NCBI GenBank assembly: GCA_013151835.1
Contig: JAADHK010000044.1
Location: forward strand, 11,447-75,446
DNA from: Deltaproteobacteria bacterium
GTDB lineage: Bacteria; Desulfobacterota; Desulfobacteria; Desulfobacterales; Desulfosalsimonadaceae
Reading direction: 5' to 3'
Length of the DNA stretch: 64,000 bases
Of the stretch, positions 14,187 through 25,827 are shown piece by piece (position 1 is the stretch's first letter; each line of letters begins with the position of its first letter). The notes below the pieces were generated by a model. It worked only from the letters and a program-made list of their open reading frames with translations, did not search any database and had not been told where the DNA came from. The position numbers were made by a program, and so were the translations under genes.

Positions 14187-17159
14187 ATGTTTGCTTCATA
14201 CGTTAATACCGTCATGCTGAACGCGCCTTTAAAACTCATGGCCGCGCTGTATACCCACGCACCATGGCTGAATCGGTATTTAAAAAGCGATCTCGGGTGG
14301 ATAGATTTCACCATCGGCCTTAAGACCGAGTCCGGATCAATCGAGGCTGCGGTCGTGTTCGACTCGGGCCGCGTTTTTGTGGAGAGTAAAATCCCGGATG
14401 ACGCAGACGTAACTATTATTTTCGCAACAGATGCAGCGGTAAAAAAGCTCCTTTCGGCCACGCCCACCGAGCAGCTCTACATGCTGCTGAAAAGCGAGTT
14501 CCGGACCGAGGGAAACTTTGCCTTTCTCCAGGCCTTTTTTTTCTATATCTCGATTTTGCTGTCTAAAAAACAGGTCCGAATGTTGAAAGCCGATATCCGA
14601 AAGGATAGAAAACGGCTGTTGAAAAAGAGCCCGTGCGCTGATCCGGACCTTTGCGATGAGATGGCAAAGAGACGTTCCGAGCGGATACGCGCAGAAGTCG
14701 CCGATCCGAACGTGCGTTTTCTGACCGATCCATATTTTTCGCAATACAGCCTTGAGGATTTTCCCCGGCTTGCGACCTTTCTTGATCTCCACTTTACCGT
14801 AAAACCCGCAGTCTGTCACGAGCTGCCCAAACTGGTGACCGACTGGTACAAAAAAAACGGGTATGAAACGGACAGGCACGGTAATCCCTGGTTTCCCGCC
14901 CTGCGCCAGGCCGGAGCGTACAGCTGTCTTCTGGAGAATAAAAAACCTGTTATCAGAAAAAATGATCTTATCGCGGGCACCACCACCACTCGGGATATCG
15001 GCCTTGTGGTCTATCCCGAGGCCCATGGCACAATGATCTGGAGTGAGCTTAAGACTGTTCCCCACAGGGCTTTAAACCCCTATGACGTGTCGGACGAAAC
15101 GCTTAAAATCCTTCATCACGAGGTCTTTCCGTTCTGGACCCGGCGTAATTTCAGGGAATGGGTCCGCGAAAAGTATAAAAGCCCTTTGTGCCAGCTTATT
15201 GATGAGCGCTACGCCGTTTATTTTATCTGGAAATCAGTTGCCCTGTCCCATACAATACCGGACTTTCCCAAAGTATTGAAGCTGGGAGTCTCCGGAATCA
15301 TAAAAGAGGCACGGCAATCCCTGGCTGAAAAAGCGCCGGAATCTGACCAGGCAAAGACCCTTCAGGCAATGATTCTATGCCTTGAAGGGGTGACGGCCTA
15401 TTCAAAACATCTTTCAGAAGAGGCGGAGCGGCTTGCCGGGCAAACGGCCGATCCGCGCCGCAAGATGGAGCTTATCCGGCTTTCCGTCATCTGCGATCAC
15501 GTCCCGGAAGGGCCTGCCACAACCTTAGCTGAGGCAATTAACTCCATCTGGATCACCTGGGTTTGCCTCCATATGGAGAACACCAATGCGGGACTGTCCT
15601 TGGGACGGCTGGATCAATGGCTTCAGCCTTATTTTGAGGCGGATATGGCGCGGCTCAGGACAGAATCGGACCGGACAGCCTACATCGAGCATGCTATTGA
15701 GCTTGTCGGGTGTTTCTATATGCGGTGCACGGATCATCTGCCTTTGACTCCCGATCTTGCCAATTATCTTTTTGGCGGAAGTTCATCCGATCAGGCCATC
15801 ACCCTGGGCGGAGTTACGCCGGAAGGGGAGGACGGGGTCTGTGACATGACCTATATTTTCTTGAAGGTTACCGAGATGCTCTCCATCCGGGACCCCAACG
15901 TGAACGCCCGCTTTCATCCGGAAAAGAACACCGATGCTTATTTGAAAAGGCTGTGCGACGTGAACAGGATAACCGCCGCGACTCCGTCTCTGCACAACGA
16001 TATTGCGGTCATGGAATCGCTGGCTGAGTTTGACTATGATATACGCGATCTTCGAAACTGGTCGGCCACGGGCTGTGTCGAGCCGACCCTTTCGGGCAAA
16101 CACATCGGGCACACCAATTTCATGATGATGTCCATGGTGGCTCCCCTTGAGATGGCCTTAAACAATGGCCGTCATCCCCTGATGAAATGGGACCTCGGGC
16201 CAAAGACCGGTGTTGTGGAGAACGGTGATTTTACGACATTCGATGATTTTTTAAAGGCGTACAAGACCCAGTTTGCGTTTCTGGTGGAAAAAGCCTGCGC
16301 CTACAACAATATGCTCGGCCATGCACACGCCTTTATCCGGCCTACGCCCCTGCTTTCCTCCCTCATCGACGGTTGCATTCAAAAGGGGAGGGACGTGACA
16401 GGGGGAGGGGCCAAATACAACAGCTCGGGTGCGGCATGTATCGGGCTTGCGGATGTGGTCGATTCGCTCATGGCCGTAAAAACCCTTGTGTTTGATGAAA
16501 AAAAGGTGACCTTTGAGGAATTAAAAGAGGCCGTGGACGAAAATTTTGAAAAGCATCCGGAATTATACGCCATGATCACAGGCGGTAAAGTCCCGTTTTT
16601 CGGGTCGGGAAGCGATAAGGCCCTAAAAATGGCCAACCAGTTGACCCGATTTGTCCACGATACCTATCTTGCCCAGCCCCATTACAGGGGCGGAAAATAC
16701 ACGGCCGGGTTCTGGTCCATGTCCAATCACGTGGCATATGGCACATTGAGCGGGGCGCTGCCTTCCGGCAAGCTTGCGGGCAAGGCCTTTACGCCGGGCC
16801 TTACCCCCCAGGCATCGGCCTCGTCAAACCTTCTCGACAATATCAGGGACGTGGCCCGGCTCGATCCGCATAATGTAAACAACAACATGGCCTTTAACGT
16901 CAAGGTCGTGCCTTCTGCAAATGATACGGCGGAAAAGATCGTCGCAAACATGTTTTCCTATGTAAAGACCTATTTCATGCTCGGCGGGATGCAGATGCAG
17001 ATGAACGTGGTGACCTCCGAAATGTTGAAAGATGCCATGGCCCATCCGGAAAACTACCGGAATCTCATCGTCCGCATCTCCGGCTATAACGCCTATTTTG
17101 TTACCCTGAACCAGGACATGCAGATGGAGCTTATCGAACGGGCCGAGTATGGGATATGA
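14187..17159 (+). CDS. glycyl-radical enzyme (PFL superfamily, Cys-x-Glu eliminase type) with an N-terminal SCP2-like extension
   Basis: C-terminal glycyl radical motif VRISGYNAYF. Active-site loop ATGCVEPTLSGK (thiyl Cys with Glu two residues later). 990 aa, against roughly 800-850 aa for typical members. Residues ~30-125 (GWIDFTIG...DADVTIIFATDAAVKKLL...LLKSEFRTEGNFAFLQAF) follow the SCP2 sterol-carrier pattern. AAGGAG RBS. Confidence 0.9.
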   Translation: MFASYVNTVMLNAPLKLMAALYTHAPWLNRYLKSDLGWIDFTIGLKTESGSIEAAVVFDSGRVFVESKIPDDADVTIIFATDAAVKKLLSATPTEQLYMLLKSEFRTEGNFAFLQAFFFYISILLSKKQVRMLKADIRKDRKRLLKKSPCADPDLCDEMAKRRSERIRAEVADPNVRFLTDPYFSQYSLEDFPRLATFLDLHFTVKPAVCHELPKLVTDWYKKNGYETDRHGNPWFPALRQAGAYSCLLENKKPVIRKNDLIAGTTTTRDIGLVVYPEAHGTMIWSELKTVPHRALNPYDVSDETLKILHHEVFPFWTRRNFREWVREKYKSPLCQLIDERYAVYFIWKSVALSHTIPDFPKVLKLGVSGIIKEARQSLAEKAPESDQAKTLQAMILCLEGVTAYSKHLSEEAERLAGQTADPRRKMELIRLSVICDHVPEGPATTLAEAINSIWITWVCLHMENTNAGLSLGRLDQWLQPYFEADMARLRTESDRTAYIEHAIELVGCFYMRCTDHLPLTPDLANYLFGGSSSDQAITLGGVTPEGEDGVCDMTYIFLKVTEMLSIRDPNVNARFHPEKNTDAYLKRLCDVNRITAATPSLHNDIAVMESLAEFDYDIRDLRNWSATGCVEPTLSGKHIGHTNFMMMSMVAPLEMALNNGRHPLMKWDLGPKTGVVENGDFTTFDDFLKAYKTQFAFLVEKACAYNNMLGHAHAFIRPTPLLSSLIDGCIQKGRDVTGGGAKYNSSGAACIGLADVVDSLMAVKTLVFDEKKVTFEELKEAVDENFEKHPELYAMITGGKVPFFGSGSDKALKMANQLTRFVHDTYLAQPHYRGGKYTAGFWSMSNHVAYGTLSGALPSGKLAGKAFTPGLTPQASASSNLLDNIRDVARLDPHNVNNNMAFNVKVVPSANDTAEKIVANMFSYVKTYFMLGGMQMQMNVVTSEMLKDAMAHPENYRNLIVRISGYNAYFVTLNQDMQMELIERAEYGI

Positions 17160-17171
17160 AATAAAACGGTT

Positions 17172-18326
17172 CTATTTTACAATTACCGATCCCGGAAGTG
17201 TGACGGACAGAATTTCAACCGTCTCCTCTACCAGTTCCTCCAATAGTTGACCCGCAGGTTTAATCTCTTTAATCAATCCGGAAACCTGTCCCGCAAGACC
17301 ACCTACGTAGTCTAGTTTGCCGGTTTCAATAAAGCCGGCCATCAGGGCCGAAGAAATCAGCACCTGCATGGGAAACGGAACGGGAGCAAGTCCGGCGCTG
17401 TCCCATAGGTCATGAAATTTATTGTAACTGGCTCTGAGTGTTTTGCCGGTATAGGCCTGGCTGACACGAGTACCTTCATCATTTGATTCTAAAATCCGCT
17501 GTTTGTTAATATCCAGCGCTCCGCCTTCCTTGGTGGCTAAAAAGCGGGTTCCCATCCAGACGCCCTGGCATCCCATGGCAAGGGCTGCCGCTATTCCACG
17601 GCCGTCCCCGATTCCGCCTGCCGCCAATACCGGTTTCGGGGCCGCAGCATCCATGGCCATGGGTAATAAAGCCATGGTTCCGATCCTGCCTGTATGCCCG
17701 CCGCCTTCATGTCCCTGGGCGACAATAATATCCACACCGGCATCCGCCATGCGTTTGGCGTTTTTTGAATTTCCCGTCACCCCGAGCACCTTCATGCCGA
17801 GCGAATGCGCTTCGGCAACCATGAATCCGGGGTTCCCCAGGCCAGCGCAAAAAAGCGGCACTTTTTCATCAAGACAGACTCTGACCGCTTCTTTTGGGCA
17901 CATGGTCGTGGTTTTCATTTGCACCATCAAATCGACATCCGGAAGACCCATTTCCGACTTGATTTTGTCTAACCAGTCCCTGTGTTCCTGGGGAATGAAT
18001 GCCAGTGCCTGGGAAAGAGGGATTTCTTCGGGGCCCGCACCCACTTCTCCGGGAACTTCCACGAGTTTATTGGGCAATAACAGATCAACACCAAAAGGTT
18101 TGTCCGTCATTTTTTTTATTTTACGTATCTCTTCGCGCAATTCATCAATAGTATACCCGGCTCCGCCTAAAACTCCGAGCCCGCCGGCTTCTGACACAGC
18201 GACCACCAATTGAACGGGCGCACCGGTTTTTTCACCAATTAATGTCGGTCCCATCCCGGCGCTTAGAATCGGATATTCAATATCCAGCATGTCACATAAT
18301 TTAGTCCTTAAGACTTTTCTGGCCAT
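17172..18326 (-). CDS. NAD(P)H-dependent flavin oxidoreductase, nitronate monooxygenase / FabK-like family
   Basis: TIM-barrel FMN family pattern: ILSAGMGP, VAQGHEGGGHTG, LAAGGIGDGRG. Confidence 0.8.
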   Translation of the reverse strand: MARKVLRTKLCDMLDIEYPILSAGMGPTLIGEKTGAPVQLVVAVSEAGGLGVLGGAGYTIDELREEIRKIKKMTDKPFGVDLLLPNKLVEVPGEVGAGPEEIPLSQALAFIPQEHRDWLDKIKSEMGLPDVDLMVQMKTTTMCPKEAVRVCLDEKVPLFCAGLGNPGFMVAEAHSLGMKVLGVTGNSKNAKRMADAGVDIIVAQGHEGGGHTGRIGTMALLPMAMDAAAPKPVLAAGGIGDGRGIAAALAMGCQGVWMGTRFLATKEGGALDINKQRILESNDEGTRVSQAYTGKTLRASYNKFHDLWDSAGLAPVPFPMQVLISSALMAGFIETGKLDYVGGLAGQVSGLIKEIKPAGQLLEELVEETVEILSVTLPGSVIVK

Positions 18327-18456
18327 TTTCGTCCCCTTTTTCGTGTAATTGTTTTGTGTATGAGGTCACCGGGCATTATCGTTCGCATGGCTATAATGCC
18401 TGTTGTATCGGATGGATGCAATATAAATTTGTATTGCATCCCCTGCTCCCTGCCGT

Positions 18457-21400
18457 CTACCCATGCACGTGATGCTCCGATTCCCATCGTTTATCAAGAA
18501 AATAGAGGATGGGCACCGTCATGCGGGAAAACAGGAGAGACGCCACTTCTCCGGCCATGAGCGATATGGCAAGCCCCTGGAATATGGGATCAAACAGGAT
18601 GACCGAAGCGCCCACAACAACTGCCGCCGCAGTGAGCATCATGGGCCGGAATCTCACAGCGCCCGCGTCGATCACTGCTTCGTCAAGAGGCATCCCCTCG
18701 GCCAGGCGCAACTCGATAAAATCGACCAGGATAATGGAGTTCCGCACAACAATCCCCGCGCCCGCGATAAAGCCGATCATGGAGGTTGCCGTGAAAAAGG
18801 CATTAAACATCCAGTGGGCCGGCAATATCCCTATGAGTGAAAACGGGATTGCCGCCATTATCACCAAAGGGGTTGTAAACGACTGAAACCATCCCACCAC
18901 GAGGATGAAAATCAATACCAGCACCACGGCAAAGGAGATGCCCAAGTCCCGGAAAACCTCGTAGGTGATCTGCCATTCCCCGTCCCATTTCATGGCAAAC
19001 CGGGTGTCGTCTTTTGGGAGCGATGCCGTTCGTTGCTCGATATGATATCCTTCGGGGATGTGGATTGCATCTATTTTTTTCCACATCTCGAGTATGGCGT
19101 AGACCGGGCTCTCCTTTGCACCGGCAACGTCTCCGGTCACATACACGACCGGCATGAGATTTTTGTGATAGATGCTTTTATCAATTCTTGTTTTTTTAAC
19201 ATGGACCAGCTCGGACAGGGGCACCTGTTTGCCGGAAGGGGATATAAGACGAATGGACGTAAGCCTGTCGATCCCCGCCCGGCCGGCCATGTCGGGCCGG
19301 ATGACGATATTTACGTCCTCGCGCTCGTCGGCCTTGTGGAGGAGCCCTGTCTTTTTCCCTCCAAGCCGGGTCGCAACGGCATCGATCACCCGGGCGGCGG
19401 GAATTCCGTTTAAGGCGGCCTTTTTTCTGTCTACTCTTATCATATAACGTGTTTCAGGGTCCTCCTGGTACCAGTCCGCGTCAACCACCCCCTCGGTATG
19501 ATCGAAGATATCCAGTATTTTTTTCGCAACATTTCGTTGCCCTTCATATTCCGGGCCGTAAACTTCCGCAACAAGAGTGGATAAAACCGGTGGGCCCGGC
19601 GGAACCTCGGCGACTTTTATGCGCGCATGATAGTGGTCCGCGATTTTTTTCAGGGCCGGCCTTACCCGCTTGGCAATAGCGTGGCTCTGGTCCTTGCGCT
19701 CGTGTTTGCCTGCAAGGTTGACCTGGATGTCGGCCACATTCGGGCCGCGCCTGAGATAGTAGTGGCGAACCATGCCGTTGAAGTTAAAGGGTGAGGACGT
19801 CCCTATATAAAGCTGGTAATTCATCACCTCGTTTACGGTGGCGAGGTATTCTCCCATTTCCATTGCAGCGTCGGCGGTCTCTTCTAAGGTAGCAGATTCA
19901 GGCATGTTCAAAATGACCTGAAATTCGCTTTTATTGTCAAACGGGAGCATCTTTACCTTCACGAGTCCGACACCCACGAGCCCGCATGCACCAAGGAGCA
20001 TGAGGGTTACCATGATGAGAAAAAACCATCTTGTGTGCTTATGGTGGATCAGAGGCCCCATGATGCGGCGGTAAAGGCGGATGCTCCAGTCTTCGATTTC
20101 TCCTTCAGGGCTGTCGCCGTGTCCCGCGCTGTTTTTTCGGATTACCCGGATCGTGGCCCATGGCGTTACGATAAAAGCCACCAGCAGGGAAAATATCATT
20201 GCCGCAGAAGAGCCCACCGGTATTGGCCTCATATACGGGCCCATGAGACCGCCAACAAAAGCCATGGGAAGAATGGCCGCAATCACGGCGAGCGTGGCCA
20301 GAATCGTTGGGTTTCCCACCTCGCCCACGGCCTCAATGGCCACAGTCCCGACGGGACGGCCCATGTTTTCCGGAAGGCGCAAATGCCTTGCGATGTTTTC
20401 CACCACCACTATTGCATCGTCCACCAGTATTCCTATGGAAAAGATCAGGGCAAAAAGGGTAATCCGGTTCAACGTATATCCGTGCAAATAGAAAACAGTG
20501 AGCGTAAGCGCCAGGGTCACGGGTATGGCCAGCGCCACAACAATCGATTCGCGGGCGCCCAGAACAAGCATTATGAGAATCGTCACGGAAAATACGGCAA
20601 TGGCCATATGAAAGAGTAGTTCATTTGACTTCTCGTTTGCGGTTTTCCCGTAATTGCGGGTAATCGTCATGTGGATGTCCGCGGGCATTTTATCGTCAAG
20701 CCCCTTATGGAGGCGTTCAATTACACTTTTTACCAGGGCGACCGCATTGGTCCCTTTACGCTTTGCAACGCTTAAGGTAACTGCCGGACTCACCCCGAAC
20801 CTGGTTTCCGTCTTTTGAATCCCTTTTTTCACCGAGGCGGGTCCGGTACCGAAGAATACGTAATTATCAGGTTCCGAAGGCCCGTCTGTAATCGTCGCAA
20901 CATCCGAAAGATAGACCGGACGTCCTTTCCATACGCCGACCACCACCTGTTTTACATCATCGATGGTTTCAAGAAATCCGCCCGCATCAACTATGACCTG
21001 GCCGTCCTTTCCCGGAAAAGATCCGGCGTGGGCGGCCATGTTCGCGCCGCAAATCATTGTTTGTATCCTCGATGCATCCAGGCCGTAGGCGGCAACTCGA
21101 ACAGGATCGATCCCGACGCGGACCTGCCGTGATGCACCGCCAATGATCTTTGTAATGGAAACCTTGGGCACTCTTTTTATAATCTCCCGGGCCTCGGCAA
21201 CCACGCGCCTCAGGTTGTACGGAGTTTCGGTTTCGCTCCAGAAGGTGAGAGAAAGGATCGGCACATCATCAATATATCTTGGCTTTATCAGGGGAGGGGA
21301 GACCATGTGCGGAATCCGGTCGTAATTGGCCATGAGTTTTGACTGGAGCCGGACAATGGCGTCTTCTTCGTTCTGGCCGACATAGAAACGGACGACGGCC

Positions 21401-21693
21401 ATGGAAAAGCCGGGGCTGGAAGTGGAATAGATATATTCAACCCCCGGGATTTCCCATAACAGTTTTTCCATGGGGCCTGTTACGCGCTGCTCCACTTCTT
21501 TTGCGGTTGCACCGGGCATGGAAACAAATATATCGACCATGGGAACAATGATCTGCGGCTCTTCCTCCCGGGGCAGGGCGATGACCGACGCGATGCCCAG
21601 CAGTATCCCCGCAATGATAAACAACGGCGTGAGTTTGGAGTTTATGAAGAACCCGGCAATGCTCCCGGCGGGTCCCAGCTTATGGGCCTTCAT
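18457..21693 (-). CDS. RND efflux transporter inner-membrane permease (AcrB/CzcA superfamily)
   Basis: 1078 aa with a 12-TM RND architecture and typical N-terminus ([19 protein letters not shown]...PREEEPQI). Its start overlaps the stop of the MFP gene. Confidence 0.9.
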   Translation of the reverse strand: MKAHKLGPAGSIAGFFINSKLTPLFIIAGILLGIASVIALPREEEPQIIVPMVDIFVSMPGATAKEVEQRVTGPMEKLLWEIPGVEYIYSTSSPGFSMAVVRFYVGQNEEDAIVRLQSKLMANYDRIPHMVSPPLIKPRYIDDVPILSLTFWSETETPYNLRRVVAEAREIIKRVPKVSITKIIGGASRQVRVGIDPVRVAAYGLDASRIQTMICGANMAAHAGSFPGKDGQVIVDAGGFLETIDDVKQVVVGVWKGRPVYLSDVATITDGPSEPDNYVFFGTGPASVKKGIQKTETRFGVSPAVTLSVAKRKGTNAVALVKSVIERLHKGLDDKMPADIHMTITRNYGKTANEKSNELLFHMAIAVFSVTILIMLVLGARESIVVALAIPVTLALTLTVFYLHGYTLNRITLFALIFSIGILVDDAIVVVENIARHLRLPENMGRPVGTVAIEAVGEVGNPTILATLAVIAAILPMAFVGGLMGPYMRPIPVGSSAAMIFSLLVAFIVTPWATIRVIRKNSAGHGDSPEGEIEDWSIRLYRRIMGPLIHHKHTRWFFLIMVTLMLLGACGLVGVGLVKVKMLPFDNKSEFQVILNMPESATLEETADAAMEMGEYLATVNEVMNYQLYIGTSSPFNFNGMVRHYYLRRGPNVADIQVNLAGKHERKDQSHAIAKRVRPALKKIADHYHARIKVAEVPPGPPVLSTLVAEVYGPEYEGQRNVAKKILDIFDHTEGVVDADWYQEDPETRYMIRVDRKKAALNGIPAARVIDAVATRLGGKKTGLLHKADEREDVNIVIRPDMAGRAGIDRLTSIRLISPSGKQVPLSELVHVKKTRIDKSIYHKNLMPVVYVTGDVAGAKESPVYAILEMWKKIDAIHIPEGYHIEQRTASLPKDDTRFAMKWDGEWQITYEVFRDLGISFAVVLVLIFILVVGWFQSFTTPLVIMAAIPFSLIGILPAHWMFNAFFTATSMIGFIAGAGIVVRNSIILVDFIELRLAEGMPLDEAVIDAGAVRFRPMMLTAAAVVVGASVILFDPIFQGLAISLMAGEVASLLFSRMTVPILYFLDKRWESEHHVHG

Positions 21694-22886
21694 AGCGCCT
21701 CCACCTTTACGCCGTTTTTAATGGCATAATCCGGTTTGACAATGATCTGTTCGCCTTCATTTAGCCCGGACAGTATCTCGACCAGGTCGCCAAAGCGTCT
21801 TCCCGGCCTGATCAGCCGGAACCGTGCCATGTGCTGCGGATCAACAATAAAGACGCCCCTGAGCTCCCCCTGGCTGACCATTGCGGTATCCGGGATCATT
21901 ATCATTCCCGACCGGCCCGCTATCACCCGGACCCTTGCGAAAAGGCCTGATTTAAGGCCGGAAAAGATGGGAAGGGATATTTTGATCGCAAAAGACCTGG
22001 TTGCCGGATCAGCCGAAGGTTCAATGGTGCGGATGGTCCCTGACACATGAGCGTCTCCCAGGGCGTCAATGATAATCGAAACCATATCCCCGGGCTGGAT
22101 GGAATTTATCTGAGATTCCGGAAGCACGGTACGAACCTCGAATGCTCCGGTTTTTTCAAGTGTTAAAAGCGGCCTGCCGGGCGTGGCCATGTCCCCGGGC
22201 TCGACCTTTTTGTCTAAAATGGTCGCATCGTAAGGCGCTTTGATAATGGTATCGGAAAATCGTGAATTTGCGGCGGCAAGGGCCGCTTGCGACTGTTTAA
22301 TTGCTCCTTTTGCCGCTTCTTCCATGGAACGGCTCTGGTCAAGGGCCGCGGATGACGCAAGATAAGCGGACTCGACCTCGTCAAACTCCTGCCGACTGAC
22401 TGAATCTGTTTTTAACAGGGCCTGGTATCGTTTGTAAGTCTGTTCGGATAGTTTTGCCCTGGCCGACGCCGCCTTTACCATGGAGCGGGCCGCCTCAAGG
22501 CCTTTTTTGGCCTGGTCGAGTCCGGCCTTTGCCTGGTCGACCTGTGCGGAAATCGTTTTTCCGTTAAGGACGATCAGTATGTTCCCTTTTTTTACGTGCT
22601 GCCCTTCATGGACTCGAACTTCCCTTACCTGTCCCATGACCCTGGCGGAAATAGCGGCGCCGGTCTCCGGGGCGACCGCGCCCACGGCTTCATAAATGAC
22701 CGGCCTGGCGGTGTTTTGAACAACAACAGTCTTAGCCTTTACCGTGGCGGAAGGTTTTTCGGGCGTATTTCCAGGCTGAATCTCATTTCCGCATCCAACG
22801 ATAAAAAGCGCGGCAAGCGCAAAAGACAGTCCCATCAATATGCTCTTTCCGGAAACCGGATAACGGTTTTTTCTTTTCACGATCAT
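21690..22886 (-). CDS. RND efflux periplasmic adaptor (membrane fusion protein)
   Basis: Lipoprotein-like N-terminus (ALFIVGCG), a coiled-coil hairpin region and beta-barrel domains typical of the HlyD/AcrA family. Confidence 0.88.
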   Translation of the reverse strand: MIVKRKNRYPVSGKSILMGLSFALAALFIVGCGNEIQPGNTPEKPSATVKAKTVVVQNTARPVIYEAVGAVAPETGAAISARVMGQVREVRVHEGQHVKKGNILIVLNGKTISAQVDQAKAGLDQAKKGLEAARSMVKAASARAKLSEQTYKRYQALLKTDSVSRQEFDEVESAYLASSAALDQSRSMEEAAKGAIKQSQAALAAANSRFSDTIIKAPYDATILDKKVEPGDMATPGRPLLTLEKTGAFEVRTVLPESQINSIQPGDMVSIIIDALGDAHVSGTIRTIEPSADPATRSFAIKISLPIFSGLKSGLFARVRVIAGRSGMIMIPDTAMVSQGELRGVFIVDPQHMARFRLIRPGRRFGDLVEILSGLNEGEQIIVKPDYAIKNGVKVEAL

Positions 22887-22895
22887 ACTCCTTAT

Positions 22896-24257
22896 TTAAG
22901 GCTTATCCCCTATGATGCCCGCGGCCTTTTTCAGCTCGACCGCGGCAATGGTTTTTTCATAGAGTGAGCGGTTGTAATTGTTTATTGCCTCGTAGACCGC
23001 AACCTCGGCATCGAGCAGCGAGACAACCGGCAGGATTCCGGACTCGTACCTGTTTGAAACGATACGCATCGCTTCTTTTGCCTGGTCTATTGCTGTTTTT
23101 GCCGTATCAATCCTTTTTTGAGCGCTCATTACATCATAGTATGCCTGCCTTACCTCGAGTGTGATCCTGCTTTCAAGATCATCTTTCAAGTGGCGCACCT
23201 GGCGTGCCCTGAGCAAGGCTTCTTCTGTTTTTGCCGAGTACCCGAACCCTGAAAAAAGGTTCATGGTGACTGCGGCCCCTATGGTGTAATTGTCTTTTGA
23301 TGAATCAAAGTTCTCTGAATTAATCTCGTAGCTTCCATTAAGGCTCAATGAGGGCAGATTACGTGCCTTTGATTTTTTCAGTTCAGCATTGGCCATTTTT
23401 TCTTCAAGCACGGTTTGCATAAGTTCCGGCCGGTTTTTATGGGTCAAGGATATCCATTGGTCAAGGGGTGTGGCGGGAATTTTATTGTCTGAAAGCATGG
23501 TCACGGGTTTAAGCGGTTTTTCGTGCTTGTTTCCCATAACCGCGTTCAGGGTGGCCCGCGCCACATATACCCTGCTGTCCGCGATCGCAAGATCCTGGTC
23601 AAGGCTTGAGATATGGACCTTTGCCCTGAGTACGTCGCTTTTTACGGTGAGCCCGTTTTTGTAACGGTTTTCCATCATCTCAAGGTGTGCGTGTGCTGTT
23701 TTAAGGGCCTGTTGAACCACACCGATGTTTTCTTGAGCGAGAACCAGCCCGAAATATGCCTTTATTGTCTGAAAGATTATTTCCTGTTCGGTCTGTTTTA
23801 ACCTGGAGTCCTCGGCTTTTTGTGCGAACCCGGCCTGTTTTGTGCCGTACCATGTGCGGCCACCGTCAAAAAGATACCAGTTGAGCGAAAGGCGCGTGGC
23901 ATAGTTGTTCAGGGCAGGGGGGCTGTTTAAGGCATCCGGGCTGAAATCAGAGGCCGTTATTCCCCCCTGGTTGATCTTGGTGCCGAATGTCCACATGGGA
24001 TTATCTGTCCGTATGAAGGATTCAGACAGGTTAATCCTCGGGTAGAACCCGGATTCGGCCTGTCTTGCCCGCTGGTACGAAGCGGCAACCGACGCCTTTG
24101 CCGCAGAGATCCCTGGATTATGGGCAAGCGCGGATGAGATGGCTTCATCCATTGTAATGCATACAAAGTTATCCGGTTTCTGATTGGCAAGAGCCGATGA
24201 TAATGTAATAAATGTATAAATTAAAGTAATTATAATAGTAATTTTAAACCGACCCAT
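22896..24257 (-). CDS. outer-membrane efflux protein (TolC family)
   Basis: Signal peptide and two TolC-type repeats (…RLSLNWYLFDGG…, …AAVTMNLFSGFG…). Lies directly upstream of the MFP/RND genes. Confidence 0.88.
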   Translation of the reverse strand: MGRFKITIIITLIYTFITLSSALANQKPDNFVCITMDEAISSALAHNPGISAAKASVAASYQRARQAESGFYPRINLSESFIRTDNPMWTFGTKINQGGITASDFSPDALNSPPALNNYATRLSLNWYLFDGGRTWYGTKQAGFAQKAEDSRLKQTEQEIIFQTIKAYFGLVLAQENIGVVQQALKTAHAHLEMMENRYKNGLTVKSDVLRAKVHISSLDQDLAIADSRVYVARATLNAVMGNKHEKPLKPVTMLSDNKIPATPLDQWISLTHKNRPELMQTVLEEKMANAELKKSKARNLPSLSLNGSYEINSENFDSSKDNYTIGAAVTMNLFSGFGYSAKTEEALLRARQVRHLKDDLESRITLEVRQAYYDVMSAQKRIDTAKTAIDQAKEAMRIVSNRYESGILPVVSLLDAEVAVYEAINNYNRSLYEKTIAAVELKKAAGIIGDKP

Positions 24258-24284
24258 TAACTTTCTCCATAATGATATTAAATT

Positions 24285-25451
24285 TCAGAACATAAGCTCC
24301 AGCACCCACTGCAGCCTCCCACGTATTTTTTGAACCGCTGCCTCGGGACAGATTTCAAGACAGCAATAGCAGCGGATGCATTTTTTCGAATCATATTCGG
24401 GTGTGAGCCCGTTCTTTTTTGCAGGCCCGATGGCCTCGGCAGGGCAGATTTTCATACACTGGTAGCAGAGCGTGCATTTTTTCGGGTCGGGCGAAGGCCG
24501 CTCCACAACGAGGTTTTTAACCATGGGCGTGGTAAGGGGCCAGATAAACATGTTGGACATGATCGAAGACCCGGTGGCCGGGATAAAGTCCGAAAGTGCA
24601 AGAGATTCGATGGTATCCCCGACGACCTCGATTTCATCCTTGGAGGTTACCCCATATCCCCGTTTGAACCCCTCGGAAATGGTCGGGGCTTTTTTGATAT
24701 CAAGGCCGGCAACCTTTGTTGCCACATAATCCACGGCAATGCCATTTTTTCCGGCAAGCACGGCGTTCATGGTCCTTGGTTTTCCGGCGGGCCCGGGCCC
24801 TTCCCCTTCCTGAACGACTATCGCGTCCATGATATGAAGAATCGGTTTGGGCGGGTCAAACCCGTGGACAAAGGCCCCGTAAAGATCGAGCAGAAATTGA
24901 GAGAAGTCCTTATGGTCCGGGAGCCGGAAATGCATTTTTGATTTTCCGGGCCCGTAAATTCCGCCGAACAAAAGTTTTACCGCCCCGGTCATGTACGTAA
25001 TGCCGTGGGACTTGAATTTAGGCAGACAGACGATCATGTCAGCGTCAAAATAGGCGGATGAAATCTCGATGTGCTTGTATCTCTGGGCTTCTTCAAAATG
25101 GAGGGTTTTTGTTGTTGACGGGTCGGCCACTTCCAGGTTTTCGGATTCCACGATTTCGGCGTATCCACTCTTTTTGATCGCACGCGCAAGGGAATGTACG
25201 GCAGGCGATTCAATCAGAAAAGGCTTTCCTTTGTTTTCTTTTATTATCTGCACGACGGCCCTGAAAAATTCCGGGTGGGTCATGATGGCCTTTTCATTTT
25301 TTGCCGGCATGAGCATGTTCGGTTTCACGGCGATCCGCTTGTTTTTAAAGGTCGAAGGATCAAATCCGATATTTTCAAGGCTTTCGTAGATCACGTCCTT
25401 TAACTCGGCATTTGAATATGAATCGCATCTTGTCAGGGAAACCTTTGTCAT
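24285..25451 (-). CDS. DUF362-domain protein with a C-terminal 2x[4Fe-4S] ferredoxin domain
   Basis: CTLCYQCMKICP and CIRCYCCLEICP motifs. The N-terminal region is DUF362-like. The ATG at 25451 (MTKVSLTRCDSY) is preferred over the ORF opening at 25502. Confidence 0.75.
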   Translation of the reverse strand: MTKVSLTRCDSYSNAELKDVIYESLENIGFDPSTFKNKRIAVKPNMLMPAKNEKAIMTHPEFFRAVVQIIKENKGKPFLIESPAVHSLARAIKKSGYAEIVESENLEVADPSTTKTLHFEEAQRYKHIEISSAYFDADMIVCLPKFKSHGITYMTGAVKLLFGGIYGPGKSKMHFRLPDHKDFSQFLLDLYGAFVHGFDPPKPILHIMDAIVVQEGEGPGPAGKPRTMNAVLAGKNGIAVDYVATKVAGLDIKKAPTISEGFKRGYGVTSKDEIEVVGDTIESLALSDFIPATGSSIMSNMFIWPLTTPMVKNLVVERPSPDPKKCTLCYQCMKICPAEAIGPAKKNGLTPEYDSKKCIRCYCCLEICPEAAVQKIRGRLQWVLELMF

Positions 25452-25827
25452 AATTGCTCCGTATTTTATCGGATTATATGGGTCAACTGCCGGTGCAGGC
25501 AATACCTCTGCTGTATTCGGGAATTAATTATAGATAAGGTCGGGCGGATAAAAAGTCAACTCCTAGCACGATTTTCCTTTCATCGTGCCTAGTGGGTGAA
25601 ACCAACTTACAGAAAATCAACTTTCATTTGACAAGGTAAAAATGAATAACGATAATGTGTAAACATAAATTTTTATGAGCGTAACTATTCTATGGTGGTA
25701 CGGAATTTGATCAAAAACCATCGAATAGTAATACCATATTCCGCCTGCCAGGAAAGCGATCCGGGGCCATCTAAAAGGAAAGGTAAGTATGATGTTTCCG
25801 TATTTATCTCAATTTCCCAAGGAGACC

